64,000 nt of DNA, taken from the NCBI RefSeq assembly GCF_009914755.1, contig NC_060931.1; one strand, 5' to 3'. Shown one piece after another: positions 41,794-57,069 of this stretch. The notes below the pieces were generated by a model, which did no database searches, was not told the origin of the DNA, and worked only from the letters and a program-made list of their open reading frames with translations. Made by a program: the position numbers and the translations under genes. The number at the start of each line of letters is the position of its first letter. Position 1 is the stretch's first letter. The stretch comes from the human T2T-CHM13v2.0 reference genome, Homo sapiens.

Positions 41794-42699
41794 AGCTGGA
41801 CATAATTCTCACTTTACATTTTAGTTTTTGTGGCAGCAGGCAGCTCTTAACTGAATTTTAAAGTTGCTATTTCAGCCACCATGGGTTCGAATAGGGAAGG
41901 AACCAAAAGATGGACCCACAGAGTCTTCCAAGCCACTGTTTGTCACTGGTAGGCTCCAAGCAGCCATTGCATGGAGGTGGAGAAGACAGGCTCCAAGCTG
42001 CCCTGGGGTGCATGTTTCCTTAATTTTGGGTATGTTGGGAACAGTTCCTTGGTAAAGTGGCAGCAGAGTGCTGCCAGGGGCCCACCCCTGTGGTTTCTTC
42101 TCCAGTTGTTCCAATCCTTTGAGCAACAGAAAGGGGACCCAGGTTGTGGTCTCTGAGCAACCTGCCTCCACCCCAGCCCAAAGGGAAGGTGAGTGGGGCA
42201 GTGGCAGTAGAGCCTGAGTACTGCAGAGACCTGAGTTTTCTGGTCAAACTGGGTCTGCACTTGAGGGTGGAGGACAGCAGGGAGGAAGGCTCCTTGGTTG
42301 GGATCATCTTGGTCTGAATTGTCCTCATACTGGAAGTCATCTTGAGGGTGGGATTCTGAGGGGTTAGGACAAGAGGAAAGGAGTGCTCAGCAGCTACCTT
42401 CCAGCCCACACCTGCATCCCCCACAGGAGAGCCAAATGTGGCTGGTTGTGGAGTTCCACTTAAGCAGGGGAGAGATGGGTGCCTTCTGGGAGTCCAGGAG
42501 GCTCTGGATTGCATAGACACGAGGAGTCCTCTGCCACTGTCTTTGCCAGCACATAGAGACTCCTCAAATGCCCTCCTCCCTCCTTGGGTTCCACAGCAAA
42601 TCCTCCTGCACACAGTAGCAGGTGCCCTCCCAAGCAAATTGTGCCCTGAGGTTTCCAGCACCCCCTCTCCTGCAGCCAAAAGCTCCTGAGTGCCAAATC

Positions 42700-43800
42700 C
42701 TGGTAAATTTTGCAGTTGCTCCATATTGGGCAGAGATTGCTTGCGACAGGTAAATGGGCTGCATGTTGCCTTAATGCCAGGCGTATTTTCAGTTAATAGG
42801 GAGGGAAAATGAGGTGTCTGCAGAGATATTGGAAAGTACAAGATCGATGATCCAGCTTCGTGTCCAATCAGCAGCCTTTAATTGACTGTATTTTCTGGGT
42901 AATTGAGCCTCTCTTCCTCCAAATTGAAGTGGAAGATATAACAATACATCTTGCCAGGAGGAATTACTCATTACTTCATAATGAAATTTCCCTTTTGCCA
43001 AGGTTTGCGGTTTGGCGCTAGGCACGACTTCTCACTCCCCCTCTCCCCCCAAATATTCTTAGCCCACTTGCATCAGGCTACCCCATCTGGCATGACACGT
43101 TCCATTTGGGTGGTGGCAGGGAGGAAGTGGGAGTTGACTTGAAGAAGATACTGCCCCTTCACAATCACAGCCTCCTTATCTGTAAAATGAGAAGGCTAGA
43201 CCAGGGCCTAGCATGATGTTGTTTTCATTTTTCAACTCTCTCAGTGTCTCTACTTAGCTTTGCCTCATCTCGGTTCCATTTTGCAGGAGGGAAAACGGAG
43301 GCTCCAGGTCTACACAGCTATTAGTGGCCGATGTAGCTATGAGCTCCGGGCTCCCACTTCCTCTTCTCTTACCCTGTTCTGGGGCACAGATTCTGAGGTA
43401 ACCCCCAGTGAAGCCTGACACCTCACTCCCGACTCACGCTTTCCCAGGGCTCTTCAATCCCGGCCAGCCGGCAGGGCCTGGGAACGCGGTCCAGCGCCCA
43501 GCCCAGATTCGCCCAGTTGGGCAAGGCTGGCCACCCCGCAGCCCGAGTGTGCACCGGCCCCCGGCAATTGCTGGCTTGTTAGCGTGTGATTGATTGCCTT
43601 ATTAAAGCGTGTTCTTGTAAGTGTGACCAAACTGATTGCATTGCATATGTTTGGGATAATGCTCATTTTAAACAACAGGATAAAGAGGATGAGCTCCGCA
43701 GAGCCTTGAAGACAAAATGATTCTGGCTAGCAGCTCCCTAACTATGGCATTAAATTGCTCAGTTACATAGCAAATCGCTACTTGGTTTCTGCATCCTTGT
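42700..43800. promoter_or_regulatory. candidate conserved enhancer blocks 3' of EVX1
   Basis: Non-repeat blocks with TTAATTG/TAATTG and PBX-type TGATTGATTG (43587-43596). Confidence 0.5.
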
Positions 43801-45489
43801 CCGTATTTTTTTTTTTTCTGTCCTACAGTTTGATCCTGTCTCCCAATGTGGCATGCCCCACGAACGGTTTCTTTAGTGATTATGTTGACTCCACCTTCCT
43901 AGTTTCAAACCCTGCACCCGCACTCTCCAGACAGGAAGTCCCTCTCCCTCGACCAGGGATTGAGGGAGAAGAGATTCAGAATGCATCTCCTTGCCCTAGG
44001 CCTTTCGGGGGGGACATGGCCTTAGACAGTCACCCCGAAATTGGGCTCAGGTCCTCACAGTAAGTCGAGTGTCCCCCCACATCCCCAACCCCGGCCCTTT
44101 CACTAAAGTTTAAAAGATTCTTTTGTTCCTCAGGCTTCTCCCGCTTGGTTGCTTCCATTATTCCCCAACTGCGGAAACACCAGCCACCATATGTCCGCCG
44201 GAGAATAAGCGTGAGTGTCGCGGTGGACAGTTGCCGCCAAAGGTGTCCAGACGGATGGCATTCTCAAAGTAGGGATCTTAGCATCCTCTCCATACATCAT
44301 CACCCAAGAATGGTAGAGGAAAGAGTAGGAGTGGGGTTACAGATAGGAGAGAAAGGAGGTTGAGGCCACAAAATTGGCATTTCTCTAATTATCAACCCCC
44401 TCCTCCACCATCCTGCCACCATTTGTTATGGCAAAGTTCTCTTTCTGTGCCCCTTCCCTAATAAAGAAATCCTCAGTCAGCCTCCACCTACTCCTTTTGA
44501 TTTGCAGGAAGCCAAACTGCCAGCAGATTGAGCTTTCTAAGGGATACCTTTGGGATATGTTGGAATTCTGATTTGTTCAAGATGATGACGGTCATCAGTA
44601 CAAATCAGAAACAATGCCACTCTTCAGGGTGTCATTTGTAAGTGCAATAACACGGATTCATTTGCAAAACCCAGCTAAACTGCGTCTGGATAAGTGACTA
44701 GATCCAAACGACAAATTTCTTCCATCACTCAGGTCCTCCCAAGCTCTGCGGGGGCAGCACAGAAGACTGCTTTAGGGTGAAACTAAGGCTCAGCTCACCA
44801 TTTGTGCCAGCTTGAGGGACCCTGGAAATGTTGACTCTGAGAAAAAGACAAAACAAAACAAAACAAAACAAAACCCAATCACAAAACATATCCTACTGTC
44901 TACAAAGCAAACAGAAACACAAAGTTGTTTCCAAAATCACCTTTTCAGCAAATAAGTATGTGATATTCTGAGCAGGAGCAGGAGGGAGAGAAAGACTGCC
45001 ACTTAAAAAAACATGAAAGCATTAAGTAATAATTTAAAACACGGCTGTTTAGAAAAATATTTATATTTATTGCAGCTGCTCAATTGGCCTCGTTAAAGTC
45101 GGCAAGCATTTAAATTGTGTTACAATCTCATTTAAATCCCGTTCCGTTCCAGCAGGCTGAAGAGCTTGAATAGACCAATCACTTCATAATGATGATGAAT
45201 GAGAAATTAATTCAGATACAAGCAAGACAATTTAGGCCTTCATCTGTTTAAATAGCCTTCCAATATTATTCGCCATCGCGGGTCACAGATTGAATCAATT
45301 GTCCAATCTTGTGAAAGTCATATCCTTGCGTCTTCATCGAGATTATTTATAGCGCAGTGAGCGCTGCTGAAAGGTATACGCTGTTAACAGGGACAATTAC
45401 TTAAAGGGAAGCGTTTGTAAAATGGAAAACAAATGCCGGGGTTGGTAACAAATGGGATCAAAAGCAGCCATTCCAATCTGGCTCCCCGA

Positions 45490-46567
45490 GGGAAAGGAGC
45501 GGGCGTGGCCCTGTAGGATTAGGGGCGCTTCTGACCTCCCCAAGACCCAGGTGAGGCCGAGGGTCCCCGGCGCGCCAGCCTGCGCCGTGGCTGTGGCTGC
45601 GGTGGCGACTCGGGCCGGGCCTCGCTCTCGCCGGCTTCAGGTTCCCGCCTCCCTCGCGCAGGCAGCGGGCGCGTGTGGCCCGGGCTGGGCAAGCCGAGGA
45701 ACAGCGAGCCCCCGGACGCTGACTGCAGGACGTCCCAGTTTGTGCCCGGGTCTCCGTCCCTCCCCGTACGGGGCTCGTACCCCCGGGCCTGGGTCTGACC
45801 CACAGGGCGCTGAGGCCTTTGTAGCTGAAGTCGGAAGGCCTCGTTGCGAGCGCGGCACAGGTTGCTGGTAGCTTCTGGACTCTGGAGGCTTGGCCTTCCT
45901 TCTAAGCCGATGGCGGGGAAAGAACCTCGTTTCCACAGCTTCCCCGACCCCCGCCGCTTGCCATTTGGGGACGGGAAGCGCGCCCGGGTCGCTTCACGTC
46001 CCTCTGGGCCGGAGCCCTTTCCATGGCTGGCTCCTCTGGGGGCCCTTGGGCCTGTGAGCAGCGTCTACTTCCCTCAGAGAAGAATCCTTTCCTTCCCCCA
46101 TCGAAGTGTCCCTTTCTGTATCCTGAAATAACCCCTCCTGGGTGAGGCCAGTTCCCCTCTGTCGCCCTCCTCCCGCAGGCGTCCGGGAGCCTCGTGAGGA
46201 CCCCGTGCAGTTGAGTCCAGGCGACAGGTGCCTCCCCAGGTGTCTACTTGCCCTCCCTCAACCTGTTTAGGGAAAGACCAGAACGAAGTGCGCGGGGAGG
46301 TGGTTTTGTTTCTCCCGAAACTGGCGCTCTTGGGTAAAACCGCGTGCCGCGTCTACGCGGGCTCTGTTAGTGTGCGTGTCCCAGAAGAGTGGGCCTTCTA
46401 GGCGGCACTCTTTGGAGAAGTAAGTGAGGTGAACTCAGAACAGAGAAGCGGGAACGATCGTTTGATGTGCCGAGCCGGAAAAAGAGAGGAGAGGGAGAGG
46501 CTCCCAGCGAGCGCGGAGACAGAGGAGCCCACGCGGCACAGCACGAGCCCTACTCTTGCCCGCGTAG

Positions 46568-46570
<3 letters not shown>
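45490..46570. promoter_or_regulatory. CpG island downstream of EVX1
   Basis: Dense CpG/GC. Confidence 0.8.

Positions 46571-46627
<57 letters not shown>
46570..46627. repeat. (GT)29 microsatellite
   Basis: Direct read. Confidence 0.97.
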
Positions 46628-46631
<4 letters not shown>

Positions 46632-48227
46632 CTCTGTATTTCTGTGTTTGAAACAAAAGCCCAACTAACGGATTCCTGGTGCTCTGAGGACTCACTCCCG
46701 GGAGCGACTTTGATGTATTGCTGTCCAATTAGTGCCTTTAATTGGTGTCCTCGGAGACAGGCAGGCCCGGAGCTGGGACAGAGCCTCCTCTCGCCTCTCC
46801 TGCACACTGGAAAGGTAAAATTTATAACACACTGTGGCCACCCCTTGGGAGAGCGAAAGAGAGTGGGAGGCAGGGAAGAAAGGGAGAGATGCAGCTGTTT
46901 GCAGAGGACGGAGCCTCCAGCCCCGGGGGTCGTGGGGAAGGGCCCAGACCACCGGGTTCGACTCAGTTTTCTGTGTAAGAGGGTTCGGGCCGGCTGAGTC
47001 GCTGAGGATTATGAATTTGCTCGCAGAAAGGCCTAGGGAGCTCTCATTGTCTGTACAAACCCACCCCATGTGGTCTACCATCTCGTTAATAATGGCTGTT
47101 TGTTAACAAGGATGCGGAGGTTAAATAATCCGGGTGGAAGATTAAACACGTCTCATCAAGGCGCTTGGAAGCCGCGCGGTGCAGAGACCTGCGCTGGAGC
47201 CGCCTGGCTCACTGGAGCCTGGAGGGAGATGGGAGCACAGTCTGCAAGGAGCCCCGGGGTAGAAGAGGAGGCAAGGTCTAGTCTCCCTCTTCAGGGTGTC
47301 CTGCTATGCCAGGACAGGTCTAACTCTTCCACATGTCAAACAGAAAATCCACATAGAAGTCAGCCCCAATGAGGTGTGGAGGTCAAACCCTCGGAGTAGT
47401 TGGCTGGAGGGCAGACATGGAGCATCTGGGGTCTGAACCAAAGGCCCCCTTTTGAGGAGGGGTCGCCATCCCCTGCCTCCCAGTCCTTACATGTCATGCA
47501 TCTGGCAATTTGTGCCTACATGGGATTAGCATTGGATTAGAAGACAGAAGATGTGGTTTCTAGTCTGGGTTCTGCCCCTAAATCACTGTAGAATTTTTAT
47601 TACATTATTCTCCCAGCTTCATTTTTCTACTGTGTAAGAGAAAGGAGATGGGGCTTGATGTAGATGATGTACAGCATTTCTTCTTTTGTCCAGCTTCCCA
47701 CCAGAGTTAGGGAACTGAACACCTTATAAGATGCTCTGTCTCCCCTAAACCTTGCAGGATGCAGTCAAAAAGAATTTTATTTAGCAAATATCTGAGGGCC
47801 TACTCTGCACCAGTCATGGTGCAGTATGTATTTTTTAACTGAGAGCAGAATATCAGTTCATATTCCCCTGTTATTCTCAAATATAATGTTTTATAACAAA
47901 AGATGAAAGAGAAAGAACTTCAAAGAGAATAGAATAGGATGGGTATGTATGTACAGGGTAGAGAAACTATGGAGGTAAAGGTAAAGGCATTGACAAAAGC
48001 TGTGAAGAACTTGTTGAACTGGCAAGGAAGTCAGTGGATAAATACTGCAGAAGTAGCTCCTTAACAGAGATACTATGTAGGAGAGTAGAGAGAAGGTCCC
48101 CTCCTGAATCCTGGTGATTTGGCAGAGAACAAAAGGGTAAGGGTTGCAGAATTTGACTAGGAGGCCCAAGTTGTATGCATCTAATATTGCCAATTTTTGG
48201 TTTATATATTCTTTCAGTAGTTGGAAT

Positions 48228-48552
48228 TTCTCTCTCTCTCTCTCTCTCTCTCTTTTTCTTTTTGAGATGGGGTCTTGCTCTGTTGCTCAGGCTGGAGTGC
48301 AGTGGCCCCATCAAGGCTCACTGCAGCCTTAAACTCCCAGGCTCAAGTGATCCTCTCATCTCAGTCTCCCGAGTAGCAAGGGCCACAGGCATATGCCACC
48401 ATGCCTGGATAATTTTTTTTTTTTGGTTGAGGGGTACAGATGGGGTCTTGCTGTGTTACCCAGGCTGGTCTCAAGCTTCTAGGCTCAATGAACCCTCCCA
48501 CCCTGGTGTCCCAAAGTGTTGAGATTACAGGAATGAGCCACTGTGCCCGGCC
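48228..48552 (-). mobile_element. Alu (AluJ) with (CT)n tail
   Basis: GCTCACTGCAGCCTTAAACTCCCAGGCTCAAGTGATCCTC is AluJ-diagnostic. Confidence 0.9.
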
Positions 48553-48689
48553 TAGGAAGTTTACTCTTTAGCTAATTTTGAAACATTACTTTCTGAATCC
48601 ACCAATCAGGAAACTCGGCTGCTAGGCTGGGACTCTTCAAGCTTCTGGGTGATGGGCATTTAGCCTCAAGGAAGGCAATGATGCTTAAA

Positions 48690-49210
48690 TCACTAAACCA
48701 TGTCTCAGTTTCTGTGAGTCAGGAATCTAGTGAGCTTAGCTGTGTGTCCCTGGCTCCAGGCTATTCCACTGGGGTTGTGGTCTTATCTAAAGACTCAGCT
48801 GGGTGAGGATATGTTCCGGGCTCACTCATGTGGTTGTTTGGCAGGATTCAGTTCCTTGCTGGTGGGCTATTTGGCTGAAGGCCTCAGTTCCTTCTTGGTG
48901 GTTGGCCAGAGGTTTCTCTGTTCCTTACCATATGAGCCTCTCTATAGGGTAGCTTATAAAGTGGCAGCTGTCTTTCCTCAGACTGAGTAAGCAAGAGTGA
49001 GAGTGGAGGGGGGAGAAAGCACCCAAGACAGAAGCTACACTCTTTTGGTCATCTAATCTTGGAAGTGACTTTCCATCACTGTGCCATATTATATTTGTTA
49101 GAAGTGAGTCACTAGATCCAGCCCACACTAAAGGAAAGGGGATTACAGAAGGCATCAAATCCAGGAGGCAGGGATCACTGGGGACTGTCTTAGAGGCTGC
49201 TGCCCAGACC
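48690..49210. mobile_element. MLT1-type (ERVL-MaLR) LTR
   Basis: TCTCAGTTTCTGTGAGTCAGGAATCT..GCTTAGCTG...GGAAGTGAC..CCATCAC..GTTAGAAGTGAGTCACTAGATCCAGCCCACAC..GGATCACTGGGG. Confidence 0.8.
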
Positions 49211-49549
49211 CCTTTTATATAACAGCTCTGAGGCTTATATGGTTTTATATTTATGAAGAGCTTAGGACAGCACCTGTTTGCTCTGATCATCAGCATGAGT
49301 GATCCTTCTGATCCAATGGAGCACCCATTTCTTCATCTAGACCCTCCTATGTCAACAGTTCTAATTTTTTCCTGCAAAGCCCTGTAAAAGAGTGTAGGAA
49401 AGGCAAGACAGTAACTGCTGCAAGGAAAGAGGCTGAGGAAACAGAATAGAAAGGGGATAGGATGGGAGATCCTGAAAAACTCTGGGGGAGGGTGCCTAGA
49501 GACAAAAGGGAAAGTAGGAGACCCTTGTCTCCTATGGTGGGCTTTACAC

Positions 49550-49743
49550 TTTTTTTTTTTTTTGAGACAATGACTTGCTCTGTCACCCAGAACCCAGGCT
49601 GGAGTATAGTGGTGTGATCTCCAATCACTGCAACCTTCACCTTCAGAGCTCAAGCAATCCTCCTGCCTCAGCCTCCTAAGTAGCTGGGACTACAGGCATG
49701 TGCCACCACACTCAACTAGTTCATATATATATATATATGTACG

Positions 49744-49810
<67 letters not shown>

Positions 49811-49950
49811 TATGTATATATGTATATTGGTAGAGACCAGGTTTTGCCATGTTGCCCAGGCTGGTCTTGAACTCCTAGGCTCAAGTGATTCGCCCACTTC
49901 AGCCTCCCAAAGTGCTGGGACTACAAGCATAAGCCACTGTGCCTGGCCAG
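49550..49950 (-). mobile_element. Alu (AluJ) with (AT)n(AG)n microsatellite in the linker
   Basis: Two arms separated by the simple repeat at 49722-49830. Confidence 0.9.
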
Positions 49951-50051
49951 CTTTACACTGTTTAGAGTATTTCCACATACATGATCATATTGATTCTCAC
50001 CACAGCTATGTGAAATAAAAATTGTTATTTCTATTTTAGAGATGAAGGGGA

Positions 50052-50429
<378 letters not shown>

Positions 50430-50643
50430 CTATGCCCTTGAATCTTTCTGTTGCAGTCTGACTTAGCTGCCCAACTTCTTTCCCATGAAGTTACAGCTTC
50501 AGCTGGAGTCATGGAAAGCCATATGGCATGAATATAATGCTGTGGGGGCGATATGTCAGATACTGGGTTAGGGCTTCTAGCCCTGCCTGGCCCAGAAAGT
50601 AAAATCAACTTAGCTAAAAGCTGACTCAAAAATGGGAAACCAG

Positions 50644-50932
50644 GGCCAGAAACGATGGCTCATGCCTGTGATCCCAGCACTTTAGGAGGTTGAGGTGGGT
50701 GGATCCCTTAAGCTCAGGAGATCGAAACCAGCCTGGTCAACATAGTGAGACCTCATTTCTACTGAAAATAAAAATAAAAAAATAAGTCAAGCATGGTAGT
50801 GTGTGCCTGTAGTTAAAGCTACTCAGGAAGCTGAGGTGGGAGGATTGCTTGAATCTAGGAAGTCAAGGCTGCATTCCAGCCTGGACGACAGAGTGACACC
50901 CTGTCTCAAAAAAAAAAAAAAAAAAAAAAAAA
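50644..50932 (+). mobile_element. Alu (AluJ)
   Basis: Dimer with internal deletion and polyA. Confidence 0.9.
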
Positions 50933-51269
50933 CCAATGGCAGAGGCCAGGAGGTCAGGAGGTCAGTAGTTCAAGGCACAGCATCTAAAGGGACTCAGTCC
51001 TGATTCCATAAGTTTTCAGTACCGGGTTTCTCAATTAGGAAGGTGGAGCCGTGGAGCCCAGTAGCAAAAGGCACAGAAGCTGATGGTACATTATTACCCG
51101 GAAGTCTGACATGAAGGGAAAAGCTGTGGGACTGGCAAGAGAAGCTGGTGCAAGGAGAGTGAGTAAATCAGGCTCCTGGACTTGCGAGGCTGATGGTGTC
51201 CAGGTTACGGCTGCAGTCCTAGAGGGGAACACTGGAGTGCCAGGCAGCAAACCATGACTGAGACTTAAC

Positions 51270-51990
<721 letters not shown>

Positions 51991-52534
51991 ATTTAAGACT
52001 AAGAAGGCCAAATGTGAGCAGGAGACATTTTTGAATATTGATTGCACAAGGAGACAGGACTTGGGGGATGTGACCACTGGCACCCAGATTCACATCTGGT
52101 TGATAATGAAGACAGGAGGTGTTGCTTATGGTACCGGAGCTTGAAGTTAGACTTGCAGGATGAGGAGGGTAGCGTGAGTAGAACCTAGGTTTTGGGGTAA
52201 GAGGCTGGTTTAAATTCTTGTTTTGTTGCTTACTGGCTGAGTGATCTGGAGAACTGTTGAATCCCTTGAGCTTTGGTTTGCTTATCTGAGGGGTGGTGGT
52301 TATGATTAAATGAGATAACAAGCACAAAGCATTTTAATTCCCTTCTGTCTTCTTTGTTCTTTTTCTTACTCTTTACCCCTAATCCTAACTTCCATTTACC
52401 CCCTGGACTGAGAATATGACTTAATTCCCGGTCTCACCTTCTCTGGTATGAAAGGAAATAGAGGCCACTTATGTAAATTCTGCCTGTTGGAATTTGCCAC
52501 AGAATATGGTGGTGGTGACGGACTTAGCTATGGA

Positions 52535-52695
52535 AGTCTCAATGTTGGCTCCGTATTAGAATCACTTGGGCTAATTTTTACAACAGACTCTGCCCTAAAT
52601 CAATTGAAGTCTTGGCATGGGCAGTCTGAACATCAGTCTTTTTCCAAGCTCCCCCAGGTGATCCTGATGTACAGTGAAAATTGAGAACTGCTGGA
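52535..52695. mobile_element. MER5-family relic
   Basis: TTAGAATCACTTGGG..AAGCTCCCCCAGGTGATCCTGATGTACAG..TTGAGAACTGCTG. Confidence 0.7.
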
Positions 52696-52922
52696 GAAGG
52701 GAAAGGAGATGCATGTCCTAGCACCTGGTGGGTACTCAGTAATGCAATGCATTGTAATTGACATGAGATTGAGATTCATAGGGAAAGGATCTGGGTCTCC
52801 TTATTTTCTTTAAATACACATGGTCCACTCAGATTATTTATTGACTAACTCAAGTTTTAGTAGTTTAGAGACACTGTGTAACTGGAGACACTCTGACATT
52901 TTAGAGCCAGGAGCAACATTCA

Positions 52923-53270
<348 letters not shown>

Positions 53271-53471
53271 TTATTGGTCTTTCAGTTTTCTGTGAGTAAA
53301 ATGGACCTTCTATGCCTACAGTGGATTTAGAGAAGACACAGGATGTTACACAGGAAATACGCAACTTCTATTCATCTTATTTTGATGGCGAGGAGAGGCT
53401 GGGTGCCCTATGTGTCTTTTGTATTTCACTTGGGCTGCAATAATGTGTCCAGATCCAAAGGCCAAAGCTGC

Positions 53472-53679
53472 ATTTTTTTTGAGACTGGGTCTCAATCTGT
53501 CCCCCAGGTTGGAGTGCAGTGTCGTGATCAAGGCTCACTGCAGCCTTGGTTGGCATCCTGAGCTCAGGTGATCCTCCTACCTCAGCCTCCCACCTCAGCC
53601 TCCCCAGTAGCTGGGACTACAGGTGCATGCCACCATATCCAGTTATTATTTTTTTCTTTTTTCTTTCTTTCTTTCTATC

Positions 53680-53710
<31 letters not shown>

Positions 53711-53805
53711 TTTTTTTTTTTGGTAGCAATGGGGTCTTTCTGTGTTTCCCAGGCTAGTCTTAAATTCCTGGGCTCAGGTGATCCTCCCACCTCGGCCTCC
53801 CAAAA
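53472..53805 (-). mobile_element. 5'-truncated AluJ
   Basis: Flanked by TSD CCAAAGCTGCATTT. Confidence 0.88.
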
Positions 53806-53933
53806 TGGTGGCCCCAAAGCTGCATTTCTTAATGGCCAGTCTAGGAACTTCAGTGGAAGTGGACATTTCAGTTGTACATCACTGGGGTCAGCAACCGAAG
53901 TTAGTGAAATGCAAATATTGAGAAAAACAGGGA

Positions 53934-54279
<346 letters not shown>

Positions 54280-55546
54280 TTACCCCTCTAAACTACCAGG
54301 AAGGAAGTGCAAAGGAGGAGTTGCAAGCTCAGGTTGCGGACTCCAGAAGATAAACTTGCATGTTGACTTAAGTGTGCCTTAGGGGAAAAAACGTTTAGAG
54401 AGCCCTGCCAGTTTCTTATCTAGATGGCCAGAACTGGCCAGGTGCCTTTGGGAATTAGGATTAAGATCAGAGATAATCTTTCGGGATAGTGGTGACTGTG
54501 GAAGAAATATGTACAAAAATAGTCCGGCACTTCCAAAGAGAATTTTTAAAATTCCAGGAAAGTGTTCTTAGCCCTTCCTGAACAGGTCTGCTGCTATCAT
54601 GATCTCCCTTGCAAAAGAGCCAATAATTCTACTTCCTGCAGAGAAAGAAGGTCATTTTATTTTTTGAAGAAATAGATTTAATTCAATGCATACGTAGTAA
54701 TTCTTGAACTAACAGAGCTATCTTGATAAGGTTGTCTTCTCCCTGATGCCATAAGGCAGAGGCTTGTATTAGTTGAGAGGTCTGCATTAGATCAAAGGAG
54801 ATAAAGAGAGAAGAGAAAAAAGAAAGGGAGAGTTGAATATAACCACAAATCTTGGTAAATCACTCAAGCTGTAAAGCCAACTATTGGAAACAGGAATCAT
54901 CGCTTGGGTCTTGGAGACCCACACTTGGATTTGAGCTCATGTTGTTAAGTATACAAGGTCCAAATCACCTGGAGGTGACCTACGGGAAAGTCACTGATCA
55001 TACTCCTATACTGGAAACTCTATCCCAGATCTGATACTTTTTTAATAAATTCGTTAATTAGAATTATTATTTTGATCTGGTAAAAATTTTACCCTTATTT
55101 CATCTTATGTCACATTTTAGAAAGATGTGACAAGGGGTCCTCAATTAATTTCACTGTACTTTCCCAATCAGGCTTGGATACAGGCATGTGGGTATACATA
55201 AAGGGGAATGCAGAAGTGTAGATGACTTCACGTGACTATGTGAGGATGGACATTTAATGGAATACTCCATGCTTGTATGTTACAGGATGGCCTCTCTTTG
55301 GTTGAAAAGGATGAAATGGGAGGTTTACACCGATCTGGCAAGCCACCGAGGGAAGTTCTGGTTTTGTTTGTGGCTTGGGCTGGTTTCCCGGACTATTCAC
55401 CCACAACTCAGACTTTTAATTTCTAAAATTTTACATTTCATATAACATTCCTACAGTTAACTGAGATTCAAATTCTATTTCCACAACCTCTCTCTCCAAA
55501 ATTCTACTGAGGAACACTCTTCCAATTGGAGTCTCCACCTGATTAG

Positions 55547-55720
<174 letters not shown>

Positions 55721-56615
55721 TTATAAAACTTTTTAAAGTTTATTAGTAGCCTTTCCAGAGGCAGTTTCAGCTGATGGGTAGTTGAGACTTTGGTAAAGAA
55801 GTGATTGTTGTGAATTTAACTGAACGCTACTTTAACATAGTGTATTTTTGGATGTGTGATATAGGTTTGTCTAGTGGTGGAATGGTACTTTTACACCAAT
55901 GATGATTTTGAGATGGATTTCTATCTTCAACGATCAGCTGTGGACCCCTTAATTTTTCTCCTTACCTGTGAAATTAAGTCCCAATGACATAAAGAGTTAG
56001 TTTGGCCCTTTTCCCACAATGTAATTCTTAGACAAATTGTGCCCAAGAAATTACCTTGACATAGATCATGTTTGAATGCTTTGTGGAGTGCTGCCTGTTA
56101 ATGGACAATCACGTTGGTTAAAGGAAGTTGCCTTGGATATTGGCTAACGTACGTGGCCTAGAACAAGTTCTGTGCCATATTCCTTTCTTCCTTTAATTAT
56201 TCCAATTTCAGGACAAAGCAATACATCCTTGGGAGAAGGGGTGTCTGAAATAAGCACTCTGCCTTCGATCCCATTTCATTCTTCAGGATGTCTCCCTTCC
56301 CATCACACTGAGTCATGAAATATGAGTCAGTCATAGTGAATGGCACAGAGGCCTGAAAATGCTGTGTGGATGGAGTGAGGATACTTAATTTCCAAAATTT
56401 TATCAGTTACTTAGCACAGTAGGTCAATGTATATATATCGATTTTCTGAAAGATGAAAAATTAAGCTTCTTCAGTCTGGCTTATCTCAGAGGAAAATGGG
56501 AAAATGTATGATCTCAGAAGCCAAAAATTAGCCAAAGTAAAATGACACTCATGTAAGAGTGCATAATGGCTTTCAAAGAATTAGATCTTCAAAGGACATT
56601 TTATTTCCAGTGTGC

Positions 56616-56937
<322 letters not shown>

Positions 56938-57069
56938 TAAATATATAAAGGGTTGATATAACTTGACTTAATTTTCTGCAGTTGGTGTGGCCATGAAAAA
57001 GCTCTATTAAAAGGAATTGTGTTTTAATCATACTCTACTAATGATTTTGGTTATAATTTTGGAAATATT

